Below are positions 28,715 through 44,691 of a DNA stretch of 64,000 nt, piece by piece. The notes below the pieces were generated by a model. That model was not told the origin of the DNA. It did not search any database and was given only the letters and a program-made list of their open reading frames with translations. The stretch spans positions 4,216,001 through 4,280,000 of the forward strand of contig OX597841.1 of assembly GCA_951406725.2 (NCBI GenBank), read 5' to 3'. The translations under genes and the position numbers were made by a program. The stretch comes from Octopus vulgaris. Its lineage: Eukaryota. Positions within the stretch are counted from its first letter, which is position 1. Every line of letters starts with the position of its first letter.

Positions 28715-28776
28715 ATTTTATTTTATTTTTATCTAGTTTCAGCTCACGAGCTGTGGACATGCTGGGGCACCGCCAT
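28715..28776 (-). mobile_element. CR1-group LINE 3'-end stub
   Basis: Reverse complement AATGGCGGTGCCCCAGCATGTCCACAGCTCGTGAGCTGAAACTAG plus (ATAAA)n tail. Confidence 0.8.
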
Positions 28777-28777
28777 T

Positions 28778-28959
28778 GCACAACGTTTTGGCTGATATAC
28801 CCTCCAGCTTTCTTCAGGTGTCTTGGGGGAAATTTTGAACCTAGGTTCTTATACCTAAGGTATTTCTCGATGTTATTATTATTAGTGTTGTTGTTAGTGT
28901 TCAGGTCACTGCTTGGAATCGAACTCGGAATTTTGGGGTTAGTAGCCCGCGCTCTTAAC

Positions 28960-28964
<5 letters not shown>
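28778..28964 (-). mobile_element. tRNA-headed short element carrying a 3' hammerhead-like motif
   Basis: Minus strand TAGTGGTTAAGAGCGCGGGCTACTAACCCCAAAATTCCGAGTTCGATTCCAAGC (D-loop remnant, anticodon arm, B box), AAC/AAT linker, then ACAC-CUGAAGA-A-AGCUG..CAGC-C-AAAA-C-GUU-GUG at 28778-28821. Confidence 0.65.
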
Positions 28965-29000
<36 letters not shown>

Positions 29001-29319
29001 CGCTTTTATATATACGTATATATGTGGGTATAAATATATATATATATATATATATGTATAAACGCACACATATATTATACATACAAACATACATGCATAC
29101 ATCTTTTATGTGTTAAGTTCTGCAGTAATTTGGCAGTAGTCATGCTGAGGCACTGCCTTGCAAAATTTTAGACGAATGTATGAAAGTCAGTTGTAATTTT
29201 ATTTTTTTCCTTTTAAAACCTGTTACCTTGGCCGATGCCTAACATCAGTTGGCGTGACTGTGTGTCAAGCAATGGGACTGAACCAGGAATATGAGGTTGA
29301 GAAGCAAAACCACTGCATA

Positions 29320-29385
<66 letters not shown>

Positions 29386-29525
29386 CATATGTATTTATGT
29401 AGGGATGTATACTTGTATTTGTATGCGTATATATACATGGACACATAAATATATATATATATGTATATATATACATACATACATATATATATGTATGTGT
29501 GTGTGCATATGTGTGCATATATATA

Positions 29526-29569
<44 letters not shown>

Positions 29570-29684
29570 TGGCTAAACTGGCAATATAACAATATATATA
29601 TATATATATATATATGCTATATACATATATTCTGTATACATATAATTATATGTCTAGATATAATTATTCTCTTATAGATATATT

Positions 29685-29920
29685 TATTCTTTTACTTGTG
29701 TCAGTCATTTGACTGCGGCAATGCTGGAGCACCGCCTTAAAGTCTTTTTTAGTCGAACAAACCGATCCCAGTACTTATTCTTTGTAAACTTCGTATTTAT
29801 TCTAGCAGTTCTTTTGCCGAAGCGTGAAGTTGCAGTGATGTGAACACACCAATGTGTGTTGTCAAGCGATGATGGTGGTGGTGGTGGTGGTGGTGGGGTA
29901 AATACAGACACAAATGCATG

Positions 29921-29975
<55 letters not shown>

Positions 29976-30148
29976 ACACACACACATATGTATACGACTT
30001 CTTACAGTTTCCATCTACCAAATACACACGCAAGGCTCAGCCCGAGGCTATAGTAGAAGACACTTGCCCAAGATGCCACGCAGTGGGATGGATCCTGGAA
30101 ATATGTGATTGGTAAGCAAGCTTCTTACCACACAGTCACGCCTGCGCC
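29685..30148 (-). mobile_element. SINE family A, older subfamily
   Basis: Diverged reverse complement with internal (GGT)n and (CA)n; a still more decayed copy lies at about 29130-29315. Confidence 0.85.
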
Positions 30149-30183
30149 TATATCGGAAACACATACATACATATATACATACA

Positions 30184-30217
<34 letters not shown>

Positions 30218-30406
30218 CATATTTTTATATAAGTAAATATATGTTAGAAATACACGTAAGTATACACACTTCTGTATATATATATGTGTCTGTGAGTGGG
30301 TGTGTATATATATATATATATATCCCTGAGGGAAGGTATATGTATATATTCATATATATGTATATATATTTATATGTATCTATATAAATATGTATTTACA
30401 TATTTA

Positions 30407-30451
<45 letters not shown>

Positions 30452-30453
<2 letters not shown>

Positions 30454-30500
30454 CGGCGGTGCATCAGCATGGCCGCAGCTCTGAGCTGAAACAAAAAAAA
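30452..30500 (+). mobile_element. CR1-group LINE 3'-end stub
   Basis: AACGGCGGTGCATCAGCATGGCCGCAGCTCTGAGCTGAAAC plus A tail, within (TA)n. Confidence 0.75.
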
Positions 30501-30579
30501 ACAAATTAAAAACAAATATATATATATATAAATATATATATGTATGTATATATATATACATATGTACATATATATATAA

Positions 30580-30673
<94 letters not shown>

Positions 30674-31300
30674 CATATTTATATATAAACATATTTATAT
30701 ATGTGTGTGTAAATGTATATGTTTATGTGTCTGTGTTTGTCCCCGCCCCACGATCTCTTGACTATCGATGTTTGTTTGTTTACGTCCTGTACCTATATAC
30801 GCATATCTATATACATATATATGAATGTATGTACATATATGTATGTATATATGCATATATATATATATTATTTATATCATACATACATACATATATATAT
30901 ATAATATACACTCACTTACATATTATAGATATATATATATATATGTAAATGTATATATACATAGTGTTCACATACATAAGTATAATTACATATGTATATA
31001 CATATATAATAGAAGATATTTGTATATGTGTGTGTAGCGACTCACATACACAAAGAATACCTGTCATCATTGTTATGTAATTATTGGTTTCATATTTTTG
31101 GCACAAGGCCAGCAACCTCGTGGGTGGTATTAAGTAGGTTACATCGACCCCACTGCTCACGTGGTACTCATTTTAGTACTCATTTAACCAATCAAAAGCC
31201 CAGGAAAAGAGAATAATTATGGTGTATTAATGCGGAGCTCTTGCACCTTGTCTATGAATTCTCATTTATACCTATCACCATATACATACATACATACCTG

Positions 31301-31399
31301 TGTATTTATGAATGTATATAAATACATTCCGGCCCAGGAATCGAAATCATAATCTTACGATCATGTGTCCAAACCCTAACCACTAAGCCACGCGCATTC

Positions 31400-31401
<2 letters not shown>
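31301..31401 (-). repeat. Isolated tRNA-like SINE head; inverted near-identical copy at 36571-36671
   Basis: 100 of 101 positions match the reverse complement of 36571-36671, including the AT-rich sequence beyond the head. Confidence 0.85.
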
Positions 31402-31457
<56 letters not shown>

Positions 31458-31479
31458 TAATAAATAAAATATATGCATA

Positions 31480-31730
31480 CATACAAATATATATGTACGT
31501 ACCTACATCTACATGTATATACACATGCATATATAAATATATATGTATGTGAATACACGACACCACAAATAGACGTAGAACTCAACGAGAAACGAAAACG
31601 TAAAAACAAACATGGAAACGGACGTTTTTTAACAACGAAAAAACAGAGTACAAGACAAACAATACAAGGAAAATTCCCCTTCATCAGCTGTCCTTAGTTC
31701 GACTCCATGCGTGTTTCGAAGGTAAGGACA
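31480..31730 (-). repeat. Repeat family G copy
   Basis: Shares GACACCACAAATA.ACGTAGAAC...GGAAAATTCCCCTTCATCAGCT with 43420-43620. Confidence 0.8.
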
Positions 31731-31976
31731 GAACACGACCCGACGAACCAACCCTTCCTGCGAAAGAATTAAATAAAATTCCTTTGCAGAGGGGTAAAAG
31801 CAAGGAAAAAAAAATGTGACAAAAACAGGACGTAAAAACAATACAAATAAAAAAAACAAATACAAAATAAAAATACAAATACAAAAAAATACAGTACAAG
31901 TAAAGAATAAAAAACAGGACAAGGAAACAAACATTGAGGGCCTTTTTTTAGCCTAAGTCAAGGTGCAAGAGCTATA

Positions 31977-32101
<125 letters not shown>

Positions 32102-32152
32102 TTATGTACCAACAAATTTGCACAAAAAAATCTAGAAACAATTTTTTTTTTA

Positions 32153-32592
32153 ACAGCATTCACCCGGGGTGGGTTGAGCTGGCTTCATTCATCCTCAATG
32201 CTGCATCTTTCACAAACGCCGACCAGGCCTAGCGATTTGAGGCTAACGACCGCGTGATCTCCAACCACTCCTTATTCCAGCGGCGAACGCTGTAGATATG
32301 GGGGTCTAGGTTGGGTTCCAGATCAGCCTTGACTGTAATCAGCCAGGTTTTTCGTTGTCCATGTAGGGGCCTAGGTTGGGTTCCAGATCAGCCTTGACTG
32401 TCATCAGCCAGGTTTTTCGTTGTCCATGTAGGGGCCTAGGTTGGGTTCCAGATCAGCCTTGACTGCCATCAGCCAGGTTTTTCGTTGTCCACCACATCGC
32501 TTTCGCCAACCCTGAAGGGGAGCTGGGGCAATTGCTTTGTAGGTTGGGTTCCAGATCAGCCTTGACCGTCATCAGCCAGGTTTTTCCTTGTC
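32153..32592 (-). pseudogene. RTE-clade LINE 3' fragment with internal 65-bp tandem duplications
   Basis: Minus translation KAIAPAPLQGWRKRCGGQRKTWL.TVKADLEPNL...RRWNKEWLEITRSLASNR*AWSAFVKDAALRMNEASSTHPG*, typical of the RTE ORF C-terminus; 65-bp unit at 32306, 32371 and 32436, partial fourth at 32540. Confidence 0.85.
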
Positions 32593-32907
32593 CAGAAACA
32601 ATTGTCCAGAAACTGGATTTGGAGAATGAGCGTTAGTTCTTTTTTTTAAATTCTTTTTCCGTAAAACCAAAGAAACTGTTAGTGGCACAGTGAAGAACTG
32701 TAAGACATTCCAGAAATTCTCCATGTGTGATTCTTATGTGAATACAATGCACACACTTGGGTGTGTATGCATCGACAGTTCAACCAACACGCTATCTCTA
32801 CAATATATTTACAAACACCGGGAACTCTCTTAACTCAAAACATTTTGTTGCTTTTCTAGGAACCAACTTGAACTCTCTCCAGAACATAAATCAAATTCAA
32901 AGAAAAA

Positions 32908-33344
32908 TCATACATACATACATACATAAATACATACATACATACATAGATACATAAATACATACACACATACATACATACATACATACATACCTACATA
33001 CGTACATACATACATACATACATACACACATACATAAATACATACATACATAAATACATACATACATACATACATACATACATAAATACATACACACATA
33101 CATACATACATACATACATACATACATACATACATACATACATACATACATACATACATACATACATACATACATACATACATACATACATACATACATA
33201 CATACACACATACATACATACACACACCTACATACATACACACATACATACATACATACATACATACATACATACACACACATATACATACATACATACA
33301 TACATACATACATACATACATACATACATACATACATACGTACG

Positions 33345-33378
<34 letters not shown>

Positions 33379-33616
33379 CAACATACATACATACATACAT
33401 GCATACATACATACATACATACATGCATACATGCATGCATACATACATGCATACATACATACAACATACATACATACACATATACATACATACATACATA
33501 CATACATACATGCATGCATACATACATACATACATACATACATACATACAAACATACATACATACAACATACATACATACATACATACATACATACATAC
33601 ATACATGCATGCATAC
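32908..33616. repeat. (CATA)n microsatellite
   Basis: Directly visible; similar blocks at 41254-41789 and 42184-42600. Confidence 0.98.
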
Positions 33617-34419
33617 GAACTTATTCCATAATAATTCTTCATAAATTTCACTACACTAACTTAAGTGAATGGCTTAGATTTTTTTTCAATACATACATAT
33701 CGTGCTATCAAAGCCAACCGTAAATCAAATTGAGATAGTAGATAGTTATAGGTGAAGAAGGCCATAACATATCAGAGAAGCATTGGTCCTCCCCCCTACT
33801 GACCTTGGGAGACATTCGATACCAAGAGACAGGAATTATGCAGACACAAAGATTAAGTCAAATGTTTATTTATCTATCTTGCTCTTGAATTATTTTCCTT
33901 TGTATTTTCCTTTCTTCATCTATCCCTTTTCTCGAACAGTTGAACTGAATCTGTGGTTTACGATCTAATGGCGTTTGCTTTTTTTTGTTTTAACGGTGAA
34001 ATCTGAATGGAATTATAGTAGAATCAAAGTAGGATGCATATATGCTGTGGAGTATAGTTTGATTTAGTAGATGCTTTGTGTCTCTGCAAGAGGAATCTAT
34101 ATTTACCGATATCGCTGGAATAATACTGATATGATTGTGTTGTATGATACATTTAATATATAATATTTCAGCAATAATCTGCTGCTAAAATGGAGATGAG
34201 ACAATTGTACTGTTATGCAATAAAACATGTTACTCTTAACCATTTTCCTTTTACTGGTCCCTGTCAGAGGCTGAGGCCATGCTGGAGCACCGCCTGTAAG
34301 TGTGATTGGGTTTCTTTTTTGTACTATTTCTAGTGAAGTAGCGAGTTGGACGAGGCTGCCCTTCTTTGTGCCTGCAGTCGCGATGTAGGTTCATCGGTAT
34401 ATCAGATATAAACTTGTCC

Positions 34420-34792
34420 AAATTTTCGGGGAGAGGGGGCCAGTCGATTAGCTCGACCCCAGTACGCAACTGGTACTTAATTTATAAACCACGAAAGGAT
34501 GAAAGGCAAAGTCAACCTCGGCGGAATTTGAACTCAGAACGTAGCGGCGGACGAAATACCTATTTCTTTACTATCTACAAGGGGCTAAACACAGAGGAGA
34601 CAAACAAGGACAGACAAAGGGATTAAGTCGATTATTTCGACCCCAGTGCGTAACTGGTACTTAATTTATCGATCCCGAAAGGATGAAAGGCAAAGTCGAC
34701 CTCGGCGGAATTTGAACTCACAACGTAACGGCAGACGAAATACGGCTACGCATTTCACCCGGCGCGCTAACGTTTCTGCCAGCTCGCCACCT
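34420..34792 (-). mobile_element. SINE family D, two-unit array
   Basis: Head at about 34790 followed by a second head-less unit with the alternative tail. Confidence 0.88.
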
Positions 34793-35115
34793 TATGCACA
34801 AGGCATATTAAAACTTCTTTCAAAATTCTGGGAAGCTTACTACACACAAGGAAACTCTGAAAAAGTATCAGCAATGGATTTGCGAGAGCCGTCTTGCATG
34901 TCTTTAAAGAACAGCCAGAAATCCATCTGGGCCGGTTGCTGAAACTCGTTGATGAGTTTATCTCATCAATGGCCGACATTACAGCTTCCATTTTTATGTC
35001 GACGTAATTGATGGATAGCTCTTTCCCATGTAGATCTGCAATGTTGAAAATATCATCAGGCTTGCTTATTTGGATTTTTCCCAGGGGAGAAGTGAAGACA
35101 CTTTGGAATTGCATC
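34793..35115 (-). pseudogene. CR1-group LINE ORF2 fragment (region just N-terminal of RT)
   Basis: QFQSVFTSP...VMSAIDEI..., frameshifted GPDG motif, LKTCKTALANPLLILFQSFL...LPRILKEVLICLVHK. Confidence 0.8.
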
Positions 35116-35528
35116 AAGCTGGCAGAATCGTTAGCACGCCGGGCGAAATTCTTAGCGGTAATTTCGTCTGTCGTTACGTTGTGAGTTCAAATTCCGCCGA
35201 GGTCGACTTTGCCTTTCATCCTTTCGGGGTTGATAAATTAAGTACCAGTTACGCACTGGGGTCGATGTAATCGACTTAATACCTATGTCTGTCCTTGTTT
35301 GTCCCCTCTGTGTTTAGCCCCTTGTGGGTAATAAAAAAATAGGTATTTCGTCTGTCGTTACGTTGTGAGTTCAAATTCCGCCGAGGTCGACTTTGCCTTC
35401 CATCCTTTCGGGGTTGATAAATTAAGCACCAGTTACGCACTGGGGGTCGATGTAATCGACTTAATCCGTTTGTCTGTCCTTGTTTGTCCCCTCTGTGTTT
35501 CACCTCTTGTGGGCAGTAAAGAAATATA
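35116..35528 (+). mobile_element. SINE family D, two-unit array
   Basis: Full head unit followed by a head-less ~185-bp unit starting GGTATTTCGTCTGTCG. Confidence 0.9.
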
Positions 35529-36324
35529 TTTAGCACTTCACTTGTGCTCCCGTTGTCTGGAATTAATGAGCCGACTTCTTTAAATAGTCGCTTTACCTTG
35601 TTGTACCCCGAGGCAGATTCTATCACAAACTTTTCTTAAGGATTCATTTTTATATTTTCCACCGACCTGGTTTCTCTTTCTACTCTTTCCTTTTCATGGG
35701 AGAGAGTCAAAGTTTATTTTCATCTCTAAGAATGCCTCTTTGAGGAAGGATTTCTCGCCATCATTAATTTGATTTTACGGAGATGTGCCGAAACGAAAAC
35801 AACTGCGGCGTTGAAGGTGTATATAAGCCATTTAAAAACACACAAAAGCCGTTCGGTTCACTTCAACATTTAAATTTAATTTGTCAAAATATTTTCGTCG
35901 CTTTGAAACCGCGACCTGTTCACAGACAAAATTCCGTGCTGCATCATAATTTGTTTATTTAAGCGATTGAAGATCTTTATTCTCCATTTCATAAGAACTC
36001 TCTGGGACAAACTTAATGCATATGACTCGTATTATTGACATAAATTCTTTAAGTTTCATATCAATGTCTTGCATAGAGAGACTTAATTTTGCTGGAGGAT
36101 CTGTTTTTCAATTGACTTCCAGTCTTACGAGTAAAGGTTCAATTCCCGGCGACGCGTTGTGTTCTTGAGCAAGACACTTTATTTCACGTTTGCTCCAGTC
36201 CACTCAGCTGTCAAAAATGAGTAGTGCCTGTATTTCAAAGGGCTGGCCATGTCACTCTCTGTGTCACGCTGAATCTCCCTGAGAACTACGCCTGGTATCT
36301 CTGCTAGTATACACATATATAAAT

Positions 36325-36355
<31 letters not shown>

Positions 36356-36390
36356 AATACATACACACACACACACATATATAAATACAT

Positions 36391-36422
<32 letters not shown>

Positions 36423-36524
36423 CAAAAGAAAAACAGGATGCAAGGGATTTTGCGGTACATATGTTTCTGGCTTTATTGAACAATTTATATCAATGCATAA
36501 TTGATATAACATGTAGGTCAACAG

Positions 36525-36573
<49 letters not shown>

Positions 36574-36967
36574 AATGCGCGTGGCTTAGTGGTTAGGGGT
36601 TGGACACATGATCGTAAGATTATGATTTCGATTCCTGGGCCGGAATGTATTTATATACATTCATAAATACATAAGTATGTATGTATGTATGTATGTATGT
36701 ATGTATGTATGTATGTATGTATGTATGTATGTATGTATGTGTGTGTGTATCTAGGAATAGCTTCCTAGATTCTTAGCTGAGATTCGAAAATTAACCAAAA
36801 TATTTCTAAGAGATCCGCTCTATTCTTCTCGCCATGAACACCAGGAAATTTATGAGAGTCATCTGTTAACGTGTAACCATTTCGAGTCAGACGTAAGTCA
36901 AGGCAGATACGAGGCGGAAAGGCCTTTGTTTTAGCCTGACCTATTTTAGTTAGAAAACAATATAAAT

Positions 36968-37385
36968 AGGCGCAGGAATGGCTGTGTGGTAAGTAGCTTG
37001 CTAACCAACCACATGGTTCCGGGTTCAGTCCCACTGCGTGGCATCTTGGGCAAGTGTCTTCTGCTATAGCCCCGGGCCGACCAATGCCTTGTGAGTGGAT
37101 TTGGTAGACGGAAACTGAAAGAAGCCTGTCGTATATATGTAAATATATATATATGTATGTGTGTTTGTGTGTCTGTGTTTGTCCCTCTAGCATCGGTTGA
37201 CAACTGATGCTGGTGTGTTTACGTCCCCGTCACTTAGCGGTTCGGCAAAAGAGACCGACGGAATAAGTACTGGACTTACAAAAGAATAAGTCCCGGGGGT
37301 CGATGTGCTCGACTAAAGGCGGTGCTCCAGCATGGCCGCACTCAAATAACTGAAACAAGTAAAAGAGTAAAAAAAAAAGAGTAAA
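36968..37385 (+). mobile_element. SINE family A, full length
   Basis: Matches the consensus. Confidence 0.93.
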
Positions 37386-37821
37386 TACGGAACCCAAATT
37401 AGGTCCTATCTCTTTTGCTTGGCCCCTGGCCAAAAAGAGCACATCAGTAATGATTTGTCGCTGCGGTACTACATAGCTTTCACCCCCTCTACTTGTCAAT
37501 ACAGGAGGTAAATTATTTTACACTTTCTCTCTTCCACCACTTCTCCTAGCAGCCAACTACAGATTAACCTACTACCTACCAGATGGATCATAGATCTAAA
37601 AATAATCTTGTAAGTAGTTGTATCTTACAGTGTAAGGCCATAATACTGATAATTTTCTTCCTCTCATTTTTTGATACATATAAATTATTACATTCTGGTG
37701 ACCCCGACTTCAGAACTGCATGCCTTTTCGACCAAATGCTGTAGTCCTGTGAGGAGATGATTTTTACGACTGGAGACAGGGATTGAACTATCGGAATCAA
37801 CGTTTAAACTCCATATATACT

Positions 37822-38043
37822 CTTTCTCTCTTTTACTCTTTTACTCTTTTACTTGCTTCAGTCATTTGACTGCGGCCATGCTGGAGCACCGCCTTTAGTC
37901 GAGCAAATCGACCCCGGGACTTATTCTTTGTAAGCCCAGTACTTATTCTATCGGTCCCTTTTGCCGAACCACTAAGTGACGGCGACGTAAACACACCGGT
38001 ATCGGTTGTCAAGCAATGCTAGGGGGACAAAGACACACAAACG

Positions 38044-38111
<68 letters not shown>

Positions 38112-38279
38112 TACGACAGGCTTCTTTCAGTTTCCGTCTACCAAATCCACTCACAAGGCATTGGTCGGCCCGGGGCTATAGCAGAAGACACTTGCCCAAG
38201 ATGTCACGCAGTGGGACTGAACTCTGGAACCATGTGGCTGGTTAGCAAGCTACTTACCACACAGCCACTCCTACGCCTA
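37822..38279 (-). mobile_element. SINE family A, full length
   Basis: Reverse complement of the consensus; tail-to-tail with 36968-37385. Confidence 0.93.
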
Positions 38280-39289
38280 TCAGTAAAATATCAGTAAAAT
38301 ATCTTTTACATTTCTGGTGACTTAGAAGTTAAGTTCTGCCTTAAGGAAATTTATATGCACCCATTTCAACTTAAATACGCAGCCCCACTAAGCTACAATC
38401 TGTGCATCTGTAAAGAAACGAAAGGTGTATTTTCGCATCGAAATTCCTCAATCCGAATATCAACTGACGGCAATATACTTCAACCAACGACAAAAATTCA
38501 GACGACCGCGGTGCACCTTACCGAAACACCCAGGTCGCATCTCTGCGACCAGATCGCATCTCTGCAAGTCTATAAGTCACACGAACTGCACTCGAAAGAC
38601 AATAAAATACGCTGAAACTAGGAAAGTCAGCAAGCGACATTTTCGACAACCACAAAATCTTTGTCTTGCGTCCCAAAGTTCAGACCCTGCATTTCTCCAC
38701 AGTTCTACATGGAATCTACGCGCATAGACTCTTATAGACTCTCAAGACTTTAATAGACTCTTACAGACTTTCTTAGCATGTGCTGGTGAGTTTATGCCCA
38801 GGTAACTTAGCGATTCGACGAAAGGGACCGATAGAATAAGTACTAGGCTTACAGACAGTAAGTCCTGAAGTCAGTTTCTAAAACCTTTCAAGACGATGCT
38901 CCAGTATGGCCGCAGTCAAATGATTGAAACAAGTAGCACCTTACACACGCATATATCACTACACACACTTCTACCATTACAGATCAGATCGAAAACAAAG
39001 AGCATCGCATACATACACACGTATTCACATATATACACATCAGTACACACTGTGTAAACCATCATATACACATTCACACACACACACATGCACACATACA
39101 TACACACACAAACACTCATGCGCACATACACATACACACATGTACACATACACTTATACATACACACAAACTGACATGCACTCACACACACACGCGTGCA
39201 CGGTTATACACACACACAAACAAACAAGCACACATACTCACACGCGCATACACACACAGACATGCACACACACACACTCACACACACGC

Positions 39290-40072
39290 ACAACCAGACA
39301 TGCATACACACACACGCAAGCATATACACTCAACCATATACATACACTCACACACACACACACGCACACATACACACACACATACACACAGACAACCAGA
39401 CATGCATACGTACACACGCAAGCATATACACACACACATACACATACACTCACACACACAAACACACACACACACACACACAACCAGACATGCATACGCA
39501 TACACGCAAGCATATACACACACCCATACCCATACACTCACACACAAACACACACACACACAACCAGACATGCATACACACACACAACCAGACATGCATA
39601 CACACACACGCAAGCATATACGCACACCCATACACACACAAACACACACACACACTCACACACACAAACACACACACATACAACCAGACATGCATACACA
39701 CACACGCAAGCATATACACACATCCATATACATACACAAACTTACACACACTCACACACACGCACACAAACACACACACACAACCAGACATGCATACACA
39801 CACACGTAAGCATATACACACACCCATACCCATACACTCACACACAAATACACTCACACACAAACACACACACACACAACCAGACATGCATACACACACC
39901 CATATACATACACAAACACACACACACGCATACATACACACACAAACACACACACACATAACCAGACATGCATACGCACACACGCAAGCATATACACACA
40001 CCCAAACACACACACTCATACACACACAAACACACACACACACAACTAGACATACATACGCACACACGCAAG

Positions 40073-40085
<13 letters not shown>
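39290..40085. repeat. CA-rich minisatellite anchored on CAACCAGACATGCATAC...CACGCAAGCATATAC
   Basis: Anchor repeated about ten times with variable CA-rich linkers. Confidence 0.9.
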
Positions 40086-40104
<19 letters not shown>

Positions 40105-40644
40105 AAGACAAACAAACAAACGCACACTACAGTGAGTATAGTAATAGACTTGTATTACACTCGCGCCGACTTCATCACACAACCATTTCGAAGCCAGCAA
40201 ACACACAACCGCCCACCGCGACCCCCACCACGACCCCCCCACCACCACTCGCCACCATCGCCACCACTACAAAAATCATTACCACCGTCACCGCCGCAAA
40301 TGGAGCATCAATTCACAACCACCGCCATAACCAATACAACTCACCGCCTCCTCCACCACAACCACCACCACCACCGCCGCCGCCGCCACCGCCACTACCG
40401 TCACTACAGCAGCAGCTCCCCCCCCAAACCCATGCCAATGCCTCTCAACCCCCCCAATCCCCCCCCCTGCTTCTGGCCCAGTGCAGTGAGAGGTGAAGAA
40501 GAGTTGTCTGAACACAGCAAGCAGTAATTGAATCTTAGAGTTATTGCCTTATTTACACTCACACTATCGCCCTCTAACGGTCGTTCATTGAATTAACCAA
40601 ACGTGCACATCCTAGCTGCAATCTCTTGTGCATTGAAACATGAA

Positions 40645-40721
<77 letters not shown>

Positions 40722-40763
40722 TACAAATTTATACATGACTATATGTACATATAACTATGCATG

Positions 40764-40796
<33 letters not shown>

Positions 40797-41519
40797 ACAA
40801 ATGACTACGAATACGTGTGCGTATGTGCGTGAATGTGTATATATATATATATATGTGTGTGCGTGTGTATGTATGTGCGTGTGTGTGTGTGTGTGTATGT
40901 CTTTATACAAATGAGTACGAATTCGTGTGCGTATGTATGTGAGTGTGTATATATATGTATGTGCGTGCGTGTGTATGTATGTGTGTGTTTGTGAGTTTAT
41001 GTGTGTGTATATGTATGTCTTTATACAAATGACTACGAATTCGTGTACGTATGTGCGTGAGTGTGTGTATATATATATACATGTGTGTGTGTGTACGTGT
41101 GTATGTATGTGTGTGCGTGTGTATGTATGTGTGTGTTTGTGTGTGTGGATGCTAATGCACAGAAAAATGGATCAACATACATGAACACATGAATACAATA
41201 CTGATTGGAGGAGGCACGCGCACGCACACAGACCATTACATATACGCGCGTAAACATACATACATGCATACATATATACATACATACATACATACATATA
41301 TACATACATACATACATACATACATGCATACATATATACATACATACATACATACATACATACATGCATACATATATACATACATACATACATACATACA
41401 TACATACATACATACATACATACATACATACATACATACATACATGCATACATACATACATACATACATACATACATACATACATACATGCATACATACA
41501 TACATACACACATACACAC

Positions 41520-41550
<31 letters not shown>

Positions 41551-41603
41551 TACATACATACATACATACATGCATACATACATACATACATACATACACA
41601 CAT

Positions 41604-41634
<31 letters not shown>

Positions 41635-41960
41635 TACATACATACATACATACATACATACATACATACATACATACATACATACATACATACATACATA
41701 CATACATACATACATACATACATACATACATACATAAATACATACATATATACGTACATACGTACATACATACATACATACATACATACGCAGTCCGGCC
41801 CACTTTCACACACGCACACACCAACGCAGCGAACAATTACAGCCGCCAAAACGACACCGCTATACTAACGCTGTGTATCATAAACACACTCACGTCGATA
41901 CGTAAGCATTTACGCACAGATAAACAGTCACACAGGCTGTAATTCATACTTACACTCACA

Positions 41961-42000
<40 letters not shown>

Positions 42001-42804
42001 GAGAGCGAGAGAGAGAGAGAGATACAAATGTACAGATATATAAAAAGGTAAAAAGATTTCCTTTATACTAATGGCTGCACATCTATCTATAATTGTTCAC
42101 GGATGAAGACCCGATTACAGCGACCCCTACGGTCAAAGAAACCCTACTCTTAGTGTATGCATATACACACATAATCATACATCCATACATACATACATAC
42201 ATACATACATACATACATACATACATACATACATACATACATACATACATACATACATACGTAAATACATACATACATAAATACATACATACATAAATAC
42301 ATACATACATACATACATAAATACATACATAAATACATACATACATACATAAATACATACATACATACATAAACGTACATAATACATACATACATACATA
42401 CACACACACATTAACGTACATAATACATACATACATTCATACATACATACATACATACACGCATACATACATACATACATACATACATACATACATACAT
42501 ACATACATACACACATAAATACATACATACATACATACATACACACATAAATACATACATACATACGTACGTACGTACGTACATACATACATGCATACAT
42601 ACACATTATGTGTGCGTGTGTATAATATACATATACATATATACGCACATTTATGTGTGTATGTTTGTGTATCTATGTATGTGTCAGAGCGGCTGTCTAA
42701 ACGGGTTGAAAAGAGAAGACAAACATTGCTATAGTAACGGGGGCGATTCGTCGATTACAGCGCTCCTTGCTTATAGTGCACGTGTGTCTAATATATACAT
42801 ATAC

Positions 42805-43017
<213 letters not shown>

Positions 43018-43232
43018 ATTTCTGAGTGCACATTGTATGCATGTATGTATGTGTATGTTTGTACACTGTGTCTGTATGATTTTAACTTTTGTATATGTGT
43101 ATGTATTAGTGTGAATACATTATTGCTTACGTGTGTGTCTGTGTGTGTGTGTGTGTACTTAATACGCTAAAGATGATGTCACGTGCGTCGGTATTGACAC
43201 ACATACATAAGAAGATACAAATTCCTACATAC

Positions 43233-44442
<1,210 letters not shown>

Positions 44443-44651
44443 GCATGTATATATACATATAGATGTAAGTATGTACATATATGTATGTATATATGCATAT
44501 ATTTTATTTATTTATATATATATATATGTTTGTGTGTGTGTACGCGCGCAGTTTTATGTATATGTGTGCCTAGCTGTATGTTGTCACAGAGCGTGTCAAA
44601 ACAAATCTTTAAGCAATGAAATGTGTGTATGTGTCTGTATGAAAGAGTGTG

Positions 44652-44691
<40 letters not shown>

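Noticed and set aside
39290-40085. CRISPR-like pattern of a constant anchor with variable spacers (also 40795-41060)
   Set aside because: Spacers are CA/TG microsatellite variants of uneven length, there are no cas genes, and the context is eukaryotic.
39196-40527. 443-aa ORF, the longest in the window
   Set aside because: CA-rich minisatellite plus (CCA)n low complexity; no domain and parallel frames are also open.
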